Positions 40,201 through 54,100 of a DNA stretch of 64,000 bases are shown here, piece by piece. The notes beneath the pieces are model-generated. The model did no database searches, had not been told where the DNA came from, and saw only the letters and a program-made list of their open reading frames with translations. The DNA is from Eledone cirrhosa. Its lineage: Eukaryota. The position numbers were made by a program, and so were the translations under genes. The stretch spans positions 32,736,001-32,800,000 of the forward strand of contig OZ024760.1 in NCBI GenBank assembly GCA_964016885.1. The letters run 5' to 3'. The first letter of the stretch is position 1; every line of letters begins with the position of its first letter.

Positions 40201-41900
40201 TACAGTGGTTGTGTAGGTCTCAAGACAGAAAGAACCCAGTCCTCCCTGTACAGTGGTTGTGTAGGTCTCAAGACAGAAATCACCCAGTCCACCCTGTACA
40301 GTGGTTGTGTAGGTCTCAAGACAGAAAGCACCCAGTCCACCCTGTACAGTGGTTGCGTAGGCCTCAAGACAGAAAGCACCCAGTCCACACTGTACAGTGG
40401 TTGTGTAGGTCTCAAGACAGAAAGCACCCAGTCCACCCTGTACAGTGGTTGTGTAGGCCTCAAGACAGAAAGTGCCCAGTCCACCATGTACAGTGGTTGT
40501 GTAGGTCTCAAGACAGAAAGCACCCAGTCCACACTGTACAGTGGTTGTGTAGGTCTCAAGACAGAAAGCACCCAGTCCAACCTGTACAGTGGTTGTGTAG
40601 GTGTCAAGACAGAAATCACCCAGTCCACTGTGTACAGTGGTTGTGTAGGTCTCTAGACAGAAAGCACCCAGTCCATCCTGTACAGTGGTTCTGTAGGTCT
40701 CAAGACAGAAAGTGCCCAATCCACCCTGTTCAGTGTTTGTGTAGGTCTCAAGACAGAAAGCATACAGTCCACCATGTACATTGGTTGTGTAGGTCTCAAG
40801 ACAGAAATCACCCAGTTCACCCTGTACAGTGGTTGTGTAGGTCTCAAGACAGAAATCACCTAGTCCACCCTGTACAGTGGTTGTGTAGGTCTCAAGACAG
40901 AAAGCACCCAGTCCACCCTGTACAGTGGTTGTGTAGCTCTCAAGACAGAAAGCATGCAGTCCACCATGTACATTAGTTGTGTAGCTCTCAAGACAGAAAG
41001 CACCCAGTCCACTTTGTACAGTGGTTGTGTAGGTCTCAAGACAGAAAGTGCCCAGTCCACCCTTTACAGTGGTTGTGTAGGTCTCAAGACAGAAAGCACC
41101 CAGTCCACCCTGTACAGTGGTTGTGTAGGTCTCATGACAGAAAGTGCCCAGTCCACCCTGTACAGTGGTTGTGTAGGTCTCAAGACAGAAATCACCCAGT
41201 TCACCCTGTACAGTGGTTGTGTAGGTCTCAAGACAGAAAGCACCCAGTCCACCCTGTACAGTGGTTGTGTAGGTCTCAAGACAGAAATCACCCAGTCCAC
41301 CATGTACAGTGGTTGTGTAGGTCTCAAGACAGAAAGCACCCAGTCCACACTGTACAGTGGTTGTGTAGGTCTCAAGACAGAAAGCACCCAGTCCAACCTG
41401 TACAGTGGTTGTGTAGGTCTCAAGACAGAAAGCACCCAGTCCACACCGTACAGTGGTTGTGTAGGTCTCAAGACAGAAAGCACCCAGTCCACCATGTACA
41501 GTGGTTGTGTAGGTCTCAAGACAGAAAGCACCCAGTCCACACTGTACAGTGGTTGTGTAGGTCTCAAGACAGAAAGCACCCAGTCCAACCTGTACAGTGG
41601 TTGTGTAGGTGTCAAGACAGAAATCACCCAGTCCACTGTGTACAGTGGTTGTGTAGGTCTCAAGACAGAAAGCACCCAGTCCATCCTGTACAGTGGTTCT
41701 GTAGGTCTCAAGACAGAAAGTGCCCAATCCACCCTGTTCAGTGTTTGTGTAGGTCTCAAGACAGAAAGCATACAGTCCACCATGTACATTGGTTGTGCAG
41801 GTCTCAAGACAGAAATCACTCAGTCCACCCTGTACAGTGGTTGTGTAGGTCTCAAGAGAGAAAGCACCCAGTTCTCCCTGTACAGTGGTTGTGTAGGTCT
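31250..41900 (+). repeat. Variable-length higher-order repeat series, periods 2592, 3168 and 1920 bp (54, 66, 40 monomers)
   Basis: Matching marker ORFs lie at 31558/34150/37318 and at 32973/35565/38733/40653. Shared rare variants include TAGAGCGG, GCATGTATC, CTGAAG and CACCTAG. Boundaries are approximate. Confidence 0.87.
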
Positions 41901-44900
41901 CAAGACAGAAAGCACCCAGTACTCACTGTACAGTGGTTGTGCAGGTCTCAAGTCAGAAATCACCCAGTCCACACTGTACAGTGGTTGTGTAGGTTTCAAG
42001 TCAGAAATCACCCAGTCCACCCTGTACAGTGGTTGGGCAGGTCTCAAGACAGAAAGCACCCACTTCTCCCTGTACAGTGGTTGTGTAGGTCTCAAGACAG
42101 AAAGCACCCAGTACTCACTGTACAGTGGTTGTGCATGTCTCAAGTCAGAAATCACCCGGTCCACCCTGTACAGTGGTTGTGTAGGTCTCAAGTCAGAAAG
42201 CATCCAGTCCACCCTGTACAGTGGTTGTGTAGGTCTCAAGACAGAAAGCACCCAGTCCACCCTGTACAGTGGTTGTGTAGGTCTCAAGACAGAAAGAACC
42301 CAGTCCACACTGTACAGTGGTTGTGTAGGTCTCAAGACAGAAAGCACCCAGTCCACCCTGTACAGTGGTTTTGTAGGTCTCAAGACAGAAATTGCCCAGT
42401 CCACCCTGTACAGTGGTTGTGTAGGTCTCAAGACAGAAATCACCCAGTTCACCCTGTACAGTGGTTGTGTAGGTCTCAAGACAGAAAGCACCCAGTCCTC
42501 CCTGTACAGTGGTTGTGTAGGTCTCAAGACAGAAATCACCCAGTCCACCTTGTACAGTGGTTGTGTAGGTCTTAAGACAGAAAGCACCCAGTCCACCCTA
42601 TACAGTGGTTGTGTAGGTCTCAAGACAGAAAGAACCCAGTCCACACTGTACAGTGGTTCTGTAGGTCTCAAGACAGAAAGCACCCAGTCCACACTGTACA
42701 GTGGCTGTGTAGATCTCAAGACAGAAAGCACCCAGTCCAACCTGTACAGTGGTTGTGTACGTCTCAAGCCAGAAAGTGCCCAATCCACCCTGTACAGTGG
42801 TTGTGTAGGTCTCAAGACGGAAATCACCCAGTCCAACCTGTACAGTGGTTGTGTAGGTCTCAAGACAGAAAGTACCCAGTCCACCCTGTACAGTGGTTGT
42901 GTAGATCTCAAGACAGAAAGCATGCAGTCCACCATGTACATTGGTTGTGTAGGTCTCAAGTCAGAAATCACCCAGTCCACTTTGTACAGTGGTTGTGTAG
43001 GTCTCAAGACAGAAAGCACCCAGTCCACCCTGTACAGTGGCTGTGTAGGTCTCAAGACAGAAAGCATGCAGTCCACCATGTACATTGGTTGTGTAGGTCT
43101 CAAGACAGAAAGCACCCAGTTCTCCCTGTACAGTGGTTGTGTAGGTCTCAAGACAGAAAGCACCCAGTACTCACTGTACAGTGGTTGTGCATGTCTCAAG
43201 TCAGAAATCACCCAGTCCACCCTGTACAGTGGTTGTGTAGGTCTCAAGTCAGAAAGCACCCAGTCCACCCTGTACAGTGGTTGTGTAGGTCTCAAGACAG
43301 AAAGCACCCAGTCCACCCTGTACAGTGGTTGTGTAGGTCTCAAGACAGAAAGAGCCCAGTCCACACTGTACAGTGGTTGTGTAGGTCTCAAGACAGAAAG
43401 CACCCAGTCCACCCTGTACAGTGGTTGTGTAGGTCTCAAGACAGAAAGTGCCCAGTCCACCCTGTACAGTGGTTGTGTAGGTCTCAAGACAGAAATCACC
43501 CAGTTCACCCTGTACAGTGGCTGTGTAGGTCTCAAGACAGAAAGCACCCAGTCCACCCTGTACAGTGGTTGTGTAGGTCTCAAGACAGAAATCACCCAGT
43601 CCACCATGTACAGTGGTTGTGTAGGTCTCAAGACAGAAAGCACCCAGTCCACACTGTACAGTGGTTGTGTAGGTCTCAAGACAGAAAGCACCCAGTCCAA
43701 CCTGTACAGTGGTTGTGTAGGTCTCAAGACAGAAAGCACCCAGTCCACACTGTACAGTGGTTGTGTAGGTCTCAAGACAGAAAGCACCCAGTCCACCATG
43801 TACAGTGGTTGTGTAGGTCTCAAGACAGAAAGCACCCAGTCCACACTGTACAGTGGTTGTGTAGGTCTCAAGACAGAAAGCACCCAGTCCAACCTGTACA
43901 GTGGTTGTGTAGGTGTCAAGACAGAAATCACCCAGTCCACAGTGTACAGTGGTTGTGTAGGTCTTTAGACAGAAAGCACCCAGTCCATCCTGTACAGTGG
44001 TTGTGTAGGTCTCAAGAGAGAAAGTGCCCAATCCACCCTGTACAGTGGTTGTGCAGGTCTCAAGACAGAAAGCACCCAGTTCTCCCTGTACAGTGGTTGT
44101 GTAGGTCTCAAGACAGAAAGCATACAGTCCACAATGTACATTGGTTGTGTAGGTCTCAAGACAGAAATCACTCAGTCCACCCTGTACAGTGGTTGTGTAG
44201 GTCTCAAGAGAGGAAGCACCCAGTTCTCCCTGTACAGTGGTTGTGTAGGTCTGAAGACAGAAAGCACCCAGTACTCACTGTACAGTGGTTGTGCAGGTCT
44301 CAAGTCAGAAATCACCCAGTCCACCCTGTACAGTGGTTGTGTAGGTCTCAAGTCAGAAATCAGCCAGTCCACCCTGTACAGTGGTTGTGCAGGTCTCAAG
44401 ACAGAAAGCACCCAGTTCTCCCTGTACAGTGGTTGTGTAGGTCTCAAGACAGAAAGCACCCAGTACTCACTGTACAGTGGTTGTGCATGTCTCAAGTCAG
44501 AAATCACCCAGTCCACCCTGTACAGTGGTTGTGTAGGTCTCAAGTCAGAAAGCATCCAGTCCACCCTGTACAGTGGTTGTGTAGGTCTCAAGACAGAAAG
44601 TGCCCAGTCCACCCTGTAGAGCGGTTGTGTAGGTCTCAAGACAGAAATCACCCAGTTCTCCCTGTACAGTGGTTGTGTAGGTCTCAAGACAGAAAGCACC
44701 CAGTACTCACTGTACAGTGGTTGTGCAGGTCTCAAGTCAGAAATCACCCAGTCCACCCTGTACAGTGGTTGTGTAGGTCTCAAGTCAGAAATCACCCAGT
44801 CCACCCTGTACAGTGGTTTTGCAGGTCTCAAGACAGAAAGCACCCAGTTCTCCCTGTACAGTGGTTGTGTAGGTCTCAAGACAGAAAGCAACCAGTACTC

Positions 44901-45649
44901 ACTGTACAGTGGTTGTGCATGTATCAAGTCAGAAATCACCCAGTCCACCCTGTACAGTGGTTGTGTAGGTCTCAAGTCAGAAAGCATCCAGTCCACCCTG
45001 TACAGTGGTTGTGTAGGTCTCAAGACAGAAAGTGCCCAGTCCACCCTGTACAGCAGCTGTGTAGGTCTCAAGACAGAAATCACCCAGTTCACCCTGTACA
45101 GTGGTTGTGTAGGTCTCAAGACAGAAAGAACCCAGTCCTCCCTGTACAGTGGTTGTGTAGATCTCAAGACAGAAATCACCCAGTCCACCCTGTACAGTGG
45201 TTGTGTAGGTCTCAAGACAGAAAGCACCCAGTCCACCCTGTACAGTGGTTGTGTAGGCCTCAAGACAGAAAGCACCCAGTCCACACTGTACAGTGGTTGT
45301 GTAGGTCTCAAGACAGAAAGCACCCAGTCCACCCTGTACAGTGGTTGTGTAGGCCTCAAGACAGAAAGTACCCAGTCCACCCTGTACAGTGGTTGTGTAG
45401 GTCTCAAGACAGAAAGTGCCCAGTCCACCCTGTACAGCGGTTGTGTAGGTCTCAAGACAGAAATCACCCAGTTCACCCTGTACAGTGGTTGTGTAGGTCT
45501 CAAGACAGAAAGCATCCAGTCCACACTGTACAGTGGTTGTGTAGATCTCAAGACAGAAAGCACCCAGTCCTCCCTGTACAGTGGTTGTGTAGGTCTCAAG
45601 ACAGAAAGCACCCGGTCCACACTGTACAGTGGTTGTGTAGGTCTCAAGA

Positions 45650-47600
45650 CAGAAAGCACCCAGTCCACCCTGTACAGTGGTTGTGTAGGTCTCAAGTCAG
45701 AAAGCACCTAGTCCACCCTGTACAGTGGTTGTGTAGGTCTCAAGTCAGAAAGCACCCAGTCCACCCTGTACAGTGGTTGTGTAGGTGTCAAGAGAGAAAG
45801 CACCCAGTCCACCCTGTACAGTGGTTGTGTAGCTCTCAAGACAGAAAGCACCCAGTCCACCCTGAACAGTGGTTGTGTAGGTCTCAAGACAGAAGTCACC
45901 AAGTCCACCATGTACAGTGGTTGTGTAGGTCTCAAGACAGAATGCACCCAGTCCACACTGTACAGTGGTTGTGTAGATCTCAAGACATTAAGCACCCAGT
46001 CCAACCTGTACAGTGGTTGTGTAGGTCTCAAGACAGAAAGCACCCAGTCCGCACTGTACAGTGGTTGTGTAGGTCTCAAGACAGAAAGCACCCAATCCAC
46101 CCTGTACAGTGGTTGTGTAGGTCTCAAGACAGAAATCACCCAGTCCACCCTGTACAGTGGTTGTGTAGGTCTCAAGACAGAAAGCACCCAGTCCACCCTG
46201 TAGAGTGGTTGTGTAGGTGTCAAGACAGAAAGCACCCAGTCCACAGTGTACAGTGGTTGTGTAGGTCTCTAGAAGGAAAGCACCCAGTCCATCCTGTACA
46301 GTGGTTGTGTAGGTCTCAAGACAGAAAGCACCCAGTACACCCTGTACAGTGGTTGTGTAGGTCTCAAGACAGAAAGTGCCCAATCCACCCTGTTCAGTGT
46401 TTGTGTAGGTCTCAAGACAGAAAGCATACAGTCCACCATGTACATTGGTTGTGTAGGTCTCAAGACAGAAATCACCCAGTCCACCCTCTACAGTGGTTGT
46501 GTAGGTATCAAGAGAGAAAGCACCCAGTTCTCCCTGTACAGTGGTTGTGTAGGTCTCAAGACAGAAAGCACCCAGTACTCACTGTACAGTGGTTGTGCAG
46601 GTCTCAAGTCAGAAATCACCCAGTCCACCCTGTACAGTGGTTGTGTAGGTCTCAAGACAGAAAGCACCCAGTCCACCCTGTACAGTGGTTGTGTAGGTCT
46701 CAAGTCAGAAAGCACCTAGTCCACCCTGTACAGTGGTTGTGTAGGTCTCAAGTCAGAAAGCACCCAGTCCACCCTGTACAGTGGTTGTGTAGGTGTCAAG
46801 ACAGAAATCACCCAGTCTACCATGTACAGTGGTTGTGTAGCTCTCAAGAGAGAAAGCACCCAGTCCACCCTGTACAGTGGTTGTGTAGCTCTCAAGACAG
46901 AAAGCACCCAGTCCACCCTGAACAGTGGTTGTGTAGGTCTCAAGACAGAAGTCACCAAGTCCACCATGTACAGTGGTTGTGTAGGTCTCAAGACAGAATG
47001 CACCCAGTCCACACTGTACAGTGGTTGTGTAGATCTCAAGACATTAAGCACCCAGTCCAACCTGTACAGTGGTTGTGTAGGTCTCAAGACAGAAAGCACC
47101 CAGTCCGCACTGTACAGTGGTTGTGTAGGTCTCAAGACAGAAAGCACCCAATCCACCCTGTACAGTGGTTGTGTAGGTCTCAAGACAGAAATCACCCAGT
47201 CCACCCTGTACAGTAGTTGTGTAGGTCTCAAGACAGAAAGCACCCAGTCCACCCTGTAGAGTGGTTGTGTAGGTGTCAAGACAGAAAGCACCCAGTCCAC
47301 AGTGTACAGTGGTTGTGTAGGTCTCTAGAAGGAAAGCACCCAGTCCATCCTCTACAGTGGTTGTGTAGGTCTCAAGACAGAAAGCACCCAGTACACCCTG
47401 TACAGTGGTTGTGTAGGTCTCAAGACAGAAAGTGCCCAATCCACCCTGTTCAGTGTTTGTGTAGGTCTCAAGACAGAAAGCATACAGTCCACCATGTACA
47501 TTGGTTGTGTAGGTCTCAAGACAGAAATCACCCAGTCCACCCTCTACAGTGGTTGTGTAGGTATCAAGAGAGAAAGCACCCAGTTCTCCCTGTACAGTGG
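45650..47600 (+). repeat. Higher-order duplication, period about 1056 bp (22 monomers)
   Basis: Markers GAAGTCACCAAG, ACATTAAG, CCGCAC, CTAGAAGG and GTATCAAGAG recur. ORF pairs 45988/47044 and 46438/47494 are offset by 1056. A partial third copy lies at about 47610-47870. Confidence 0.85.
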
Positions 47601-50600
47601 TTGTGTAGGTCTCAAGACAGAAGTCACCAAGTCCACCATGTACAGTGGTTGTGTAGGTCTCAAGACAGAATGCACCCAGTCCACACTGTACAGTGGTTGT
47701 GTAGATCTCAAGACATTAAGCACCCAGTCCAACCTGTACAGTGGTTGTGTAGGTCTCAAGACAGAAAGCACCCAGTCCGCACTGTACAGTGGTTGTGTAG
47801 GTCTCAAGACAGAAAGCACCCAATCCACCCTGTACAGTGGTTGTGTAGGTCTCAAGACAGAAATCACCCAGTCCACCCTGTACAGTGGTTGTGTAGGTCT
47901 CAAGTCAGAAAGCATCCAGTCCACCCTGTACAGTGGTTGTGTAGGTCTCAAGACAGAAAGCACCCAGTCTACCCTGTACAGTGGTTGTGTAGGTCTCAAG
48001 ACAGAAAGAACCCAGTCCACACTGTACAGTGGTTGTGTAGGTCTCAAGACAGAAAGGACCCAGTCCACCCTGTACAGTGGTTGTGTAGGTCTCAAGACAG
48101 AAAGTGCCCAGTCCAGCCTGTACAGCGGTTGTGTAGGTCTCAAGACAGAAATCACCCAGTTCACCCTGTACAGTGGTTGTGTAGGTCTCAAGACAGAAAG
48201 CACCCAGTCCTCCCTGTACAATGGTTGTGTAGGTCTCAAGACAGAAATCACCCAGTCCACCCTGTAGAGTGGTTGTGTAGGTCTCAAGACAGAAAGCACC
48301 CAGTCCACCCTGTATAGTGGTTGTGTAGGCCTCAAGACAGAAAGCACCCAGTCCACACTGTACAGTGGTTGTGTAGGTCTCAAGACAGAAATTGCCCAGT
48401 CCAAACTGTACAGTGGTTGTGTAGGTCTCAAGACAGAAATCACCCAGTTCACCCTGTACAGTGGTTGTGTAGGTCTCAAGACAGAAAGCACCCAGTCCTC
48501 CCTGTACAGTGGTTGTGTAGGTCTCAAGACAGAAATCACCCAGTCCACCTTGTACAGTGGTTGTGTAGGTCTTAAGACAGAAAGCACCCAGTCCACCCTA
48601 TACAGTGGTTGTGTAGGTCTCAAGACAGAAAGAACCCAGTCCACACTGTACAGTGGTTCTGTAGGTCTCAAGACAGAAAGCACCCAGTCCACACTGTACA
48701 GTGGTTGTGTAGATCTCAAGACAGAAAGCACCCAGTCCACCCTGTACAGTGGTTGTGTACGTCTCAAGCCAGAAAGTGCCCAATCCACCCTGTACAGTGG
48801 TTGTGTAGGTCTCAAGACGGAAATCACCCAGTCCAACCTGTACAGTGGTTGTGTAGGTGTCAAGACAGAAAGTACCCAGTCCACCCTGTACAGTGGTTGT
48901 GTAGGTCTCAAGACAGAAAGCACCCAGTCCACACTGTACAGTGGTTGTGTAGATCTCAAGACAGAAAGCATGCAGTCCACCATGTACATTGGTTGTGTAG
49001 GTCTCAAGTCAGAAATCACCCAGTCCACTTTGTACAGTGGTTGTGTAGGTCTCAAGACAGAAAGCACCCAGTCCACCCTGTACAGTGGCTGTGTAGGTCT
49101 CAAGACAGAAAGCATGCAGTCCACCATGTACATTGGTTGTGTAGGTCTCAAGACAGAAAGCACCCAGTCCACCCTGTACAGTGGTTGTGTAGGTCTCAAG
49201 TCAGAAAGCATCCAGTCCACCCTGTACAGTGGTTGTGTAGGTCTCAAGACAGAAAGCACCCAGTCCAGCCTGTACAGTGGTTGTGTAGGTCTCAAGACAG
49301 AAAGAACCCAGTCCACACTGTACAGTGGTTGTGTAGGTCTCAAGACAGAAAGCACCCAGTCCACCCTGTACAGTGGTTGTGTAGGTCTCAAGACAGAAAG
49401 TGCCCAGTCCACCCTGTACAGTGGTTGTGTAGGTCTCAAGACAGAAATCACCCAGTTCACCCTGTACAGTGGTTGTGTAGGTCTCAAGACAGAAAGCACC
49501 CAGTCCACCCTGTACAGTGGTTGTGTAGGTCTCAAGACAGAAATCACCCAGTCCACCATGTACAGTGGTTGTGTAGGTCTCAAGACAGAAAGCACCCAGT
49601 CCACACTGTACAGTGGTTGTGTAGGTCTCAAGACAGAAAGCACCCAGTCCAACCTGTACAGTGGTTGTGTAGGTCTCAAGACAGAAAGCACCCAGTCCAC
49701 ACTGTACAGTGGTTGTGTAGGTCTCAAGACAGAAAGCACCCAGTCCACCATGTACAGTGGTTGTGTAGGTCTCAAGACAGAAAGCACCCAGTCCACACTG
49801 TACAGTGGTTGTGTAGGTTTCAAGACAGAAAGCACCCAGTCCAACCTGTACAGTGGTTGTGTAGGTGTCAAGACAGAAATCACCCAGTCCACAGTGTACA
49901 GTGGTTGTGTAGGTCTCTAGACAGAAAGCACCCAGTCCATCCTGTACAGTGGTTCTGTAGGTCTCAAGACAGAAAGTGCCCAATCCACCCTGTTTAGTGT
50001 TTGTGTAGGTCTCAAGACAGAAAGCATACAGTCCACCATGTACATTGGTTGTGTAGGTCTCAAGACAGAAATCACTCAGTCCACACTGTACAGTGGTTGT
50101 GTAGGTCTGAAGACAGAAAACACCCAGTACTCACTGTACAGTGGTTGTGCAGGTCTCAAGTCAGAAATCACCCAGTCCACCCTGTACAGTGGTTGTGTAG
50201 GTCTCAAGTCAGAAATCACCCAGTCCACCCTGTACATTGGTTGTGCAGGTCTCAAGACAGAAAGCACCCAGTTCTCCCTGTACAGTGGTTGTGTAGGTCT
50301 CAAGACAGAAAGCACCCAGTACTCACTGTACAGTGGTTGTGCATGTCTCAAGTCAGAAATCACCCAGTCCACCCTGTACAGTGGTTGTGTAGGTCTCAAG
50401 TCAGAAAGCATCCAGTCCACCCTGTACAGTGGTTGTGTAGGTCTCAAGACAGAAAGTGCCCAGTCCACACTGTAGAGCGGTTGTGTAGGTCTCAAGACAG
50501 AAATCACCCAGTTCTCCCTGTACAGTGGTTGTGTAGGTCTCAAGACAGAAAGCAGCCAGTACTCACTGTACGGTGGTTGTGCAGGTCTCAAGTCAGAAAT

Positions 50601-51149
50601 CACCCAGTCCACCCTGTACAGTGGTTGTGTAGGTCTCAAGTCAGAAATCACCCAGTCCACCCTGTACAGTGGTTGTGCAGGTCTCAAGACAGAAAGCACC
50701 CAGTTCTCCCTGTACAGTGGTTGTGTAGGTCTCAAGACAGAAAGCAACCAGTACTCACTGTACAGTGGTTGTGCATGTATCAAGTCAGAAATCACCCAGT
50801 CCACCCTGTACAGTGGTTGTGTAGGTCTCAAGTCAGAAAGCATCCAGTCCACCCTGTACAGTGGTTGTGTACGTCTCAAGACAGAAAGTGCCCAGTCCAC
50901 CCTGTACAGCGGTTGTGTAGGTCTCAAGACAGAAATCACCCAGTTCACCCTGTACAGTGGTTGTGTAGGTCTCAAGACAGAAAGAACCCAGTCCTCCCTG
51001 TACAGTGGTTGTGTAGGTCTCAAGACAGAAATCACCCAGTCCACCCTGTACAGTGGTTGTGTAGGTCTCAAGACAGAAAGCACCCAGTCCACCCTGTACA
51101 GTGGTTCTGTAGGCCTCAAGACAGAAAGTACCCAGTCCACCCTGTACAG

Positions 51150-54100
51150 TGGTTGTGTAGGTCTCAAGACAGAAAGTGCCCAGTCCACCCTGTACAGCGG
51201 TTGTGTAGGTCTCAAGACAGAAATCACCCAGTTCACCCTGTACAGTGGTTGTGTAGGTCTCAAGACAGAAAGCATCCAGTCCACACTGTACAGTGGTTGT
51301 GTAGATCTCAAGACAGAAAGCACCCAGTCCTCCCTGTACAGTGGTTGTGTAGGTCTCAAGACAGAATGCACCCAGTCCACACTGTACAGTGGTTGTGTAG
51401 GTCTCAAGACATTAAGCACCCAGTCCAACCTGTACAGTGGTTGTGTAGGTCTCAAGACAGAAAGCACCCAGTCCGCACTGTACAGTGGTTGTGTAGGTAA
51501 CAAGACAGAAAGCACCCAATCCACCCTGTACAGTGGTTGTGTAGGTCTCAAGACAGAAATCACCCAGTCCACCCTGTACAGTAGTTGTGTAGGTCTCAAG
51601 ACAGAAAGCACCCAGTCCACCCTGTACAGTGGTTGTGTAGGTGTCAAGACAGAAAGCACCCAGTCCACAGTGTACAGTGGTTGTGTAGGTCTCTAGAAGG
51701 AAAGCACCCAGTCCATCCTGTACAGTGGTTGTGTAGGTCTCAAGACAGAAAGCACCCAGTACGCCCTGTACAGTGGTTGTGTAGGTCTCAAGACAGAAAG
51801 TGCCCAATCCACCCTGTTCAGTGTTTGTGTAGGTCTCAAGACAGAAAGCATACAGTCCACCATGTACATTGGTTGTGTAGGTCTCAAGACAGAAATCACC
51901 CAGTCCACCCTGTACAGTGGTTGTGTAGGTATCAAGAGAGAAAGCACCCAGTTCTCCCTGTACAGTGGTTGTGTAGGTCTCAAGACAGAAAGCACCCAGT
52001 ACTCACTGTACAGTGGTTGTGCAGGTCTAAAGTCAGAAATCACCCAGTCCACCCTGTACAGTGGTTGTGTAGGTCTCAAGACAGAAAGCACCCAGTACTC
52101 ACTGTACAGTGGTTGTGCATGTCTCAAGTCAGAAATCACCCAGTCCACCCTGTACAGTGGTTGTGTAGGTCTCCAATCAGAAAGCATCCAGTCCACCCTG
52201 TACAGTGGTTGTGTAGGTCTCAAGACAGAAAGCACCCAGTCTACCCTGTACAGTGGTTGTGTAGGTCTCAAGACAGAAAGAACCCAGTCCACACTGTACA
52301 GTGGTTGTGTAGGTCTCAAGACAGAAAGAACCCAGTCCACCCTGTACAGTGGTTGTGTAGGTCTCAAGACAGAAAGTGCCCAGTCCAGCCTGTACAGCGG
52401 TTGTGTAGGTCTCAAGACAGAAATCACCCAGTTCACCCTGTACAGTGGTTGTGTAGGTCTCAAGACAGAAAGCACCCAGTCCACCCTGTATAGTGGTTGT
52501 GTAGGCCTCAAGACAGAAAGCACCCAGTCCACACTGTACAGTGCTTGTGTAGGTCTCAAGACAGAAAGCACCCAGTCCAGACTGTACAGTGGTTGTGTAG
52601 ATCTCAAGACAGAAAGCACCCAGTCCACCCTGTACAGTGGTTGTGTAGGTCTCAAGCCAGAAAGTGCCCAATCCACCCTGTACAGTGGTTGTGTAGGTCT
52701 CAAGACAGAAATCACCCAGTCCACGTTGTACAGTGGTTGTGTAGGTCTCAAGACAGAAAGCACCCAGTCCACCCTGTACAGTGGCTGTGTAGGTCTCAAG
52801 ACAGAAAGCATGCAGTCCAACATGTACATTGGTTGTGTAGGTCTCAAGACAGAAATCACCCAGTCCACCCTGTACAGTGGTTGTGCAGGTCTCAAGACAG
52901 AAAGCACCCAGTTCTCCCTGTACAGTGGTTGTGTAGGTCTCAAGACAGAAAGCACCCAGTACTCACTGTACAGTGGTTGTGCATGTCTCAACTCAGAAAT
53001 AACCCAGTCCACTCTGTACAGTGGTTGTGTAGGTCTCAAGACAGAAAGTACCCAGTCCACCCTGTACAGTGGTTGTGTAGCTCTCAAGACAGAAAGAAAC
53101 CAGACCACACTGTACAGTGGTTGTGTAGGTCTCAAGACAGAAAGCACCCAGTCCACGCTGTACAGTGGTTGTGTAAGTCTCAAGACAGAAAGTGCCCAGT
53201 CCACCCTGTACAGTGATTGTGTAGGTCTCAAGACAGAAATCACCCAGTTCACCCTGTACAGTGGTTGTGTACGTCTCAAGACAGAAAGTGCCCAGTCCAC
53301 CCTGTACAGCGGTTGTGTAGGTCTCAAGACAGAAATCACCCAGTTCACCCTGTACAGTGGTTGTGTAGGTCTCAAGACAGAAAGCATCCAGTCCACACTG
53401 TACAGTGGTTGTGTAGATCTCAAGACAGAAAGCACCCAGTCCTCCCTGTACAGTGGTTGTGTAGGTCTCAAGACAGAATGCACCCAGTCCACACTGTACA
53501 GTGGTTGTGTAGGTCTCAAGACATTAAGCACCCAGTCCAACCTGTACAGTGGTTGTGTAGGTCTCAAGACAGAAAGCACCCAGTCCGCACTGTACAGTGG
53601 TTGTGTAGGTAACAAGACAGAAAGCACCCAATCCACCCTGTACAGTGGTTGTGTAGGTCTCAAGACAGAAATCACCCAGTCCACCCTGTACAGTAGTTGT
53701 GTAGGTCTCAAGACAGAAAGCACCCAGTCCACCCTGTACAGTGGTTGTGTAGGTGTCAAGACAGAAAGCACCCAGTCCACAGTGTACAGTGGTTGTGTAG
53801 GTCTCTAGAAGGAAAGCACCCAGTCCATCCTGTACAGTGGTTGTGTAGGTCTCAAGACAGAAAGCACCCAGTACGCCCTGTACAGTGGTTGTGTAGGTCT
53901 CAAGACAGAAAGTGCCCAATCCACCCTGTTCAGTGTTTGTGTAGGTCTCAAGACAGAAAGCATACAGTCCACCATGTACATTGGTTGTGTAGGTCTCAAG
54001 ACAGAAATCACCCAGTCCACCCTGTACAGTGGTTGTGTAGGTATCAAGAGAGAAAGCACCCAGTTCTCCCTGTACAGTGGTTGTGTAGGTCTCAAGACAG

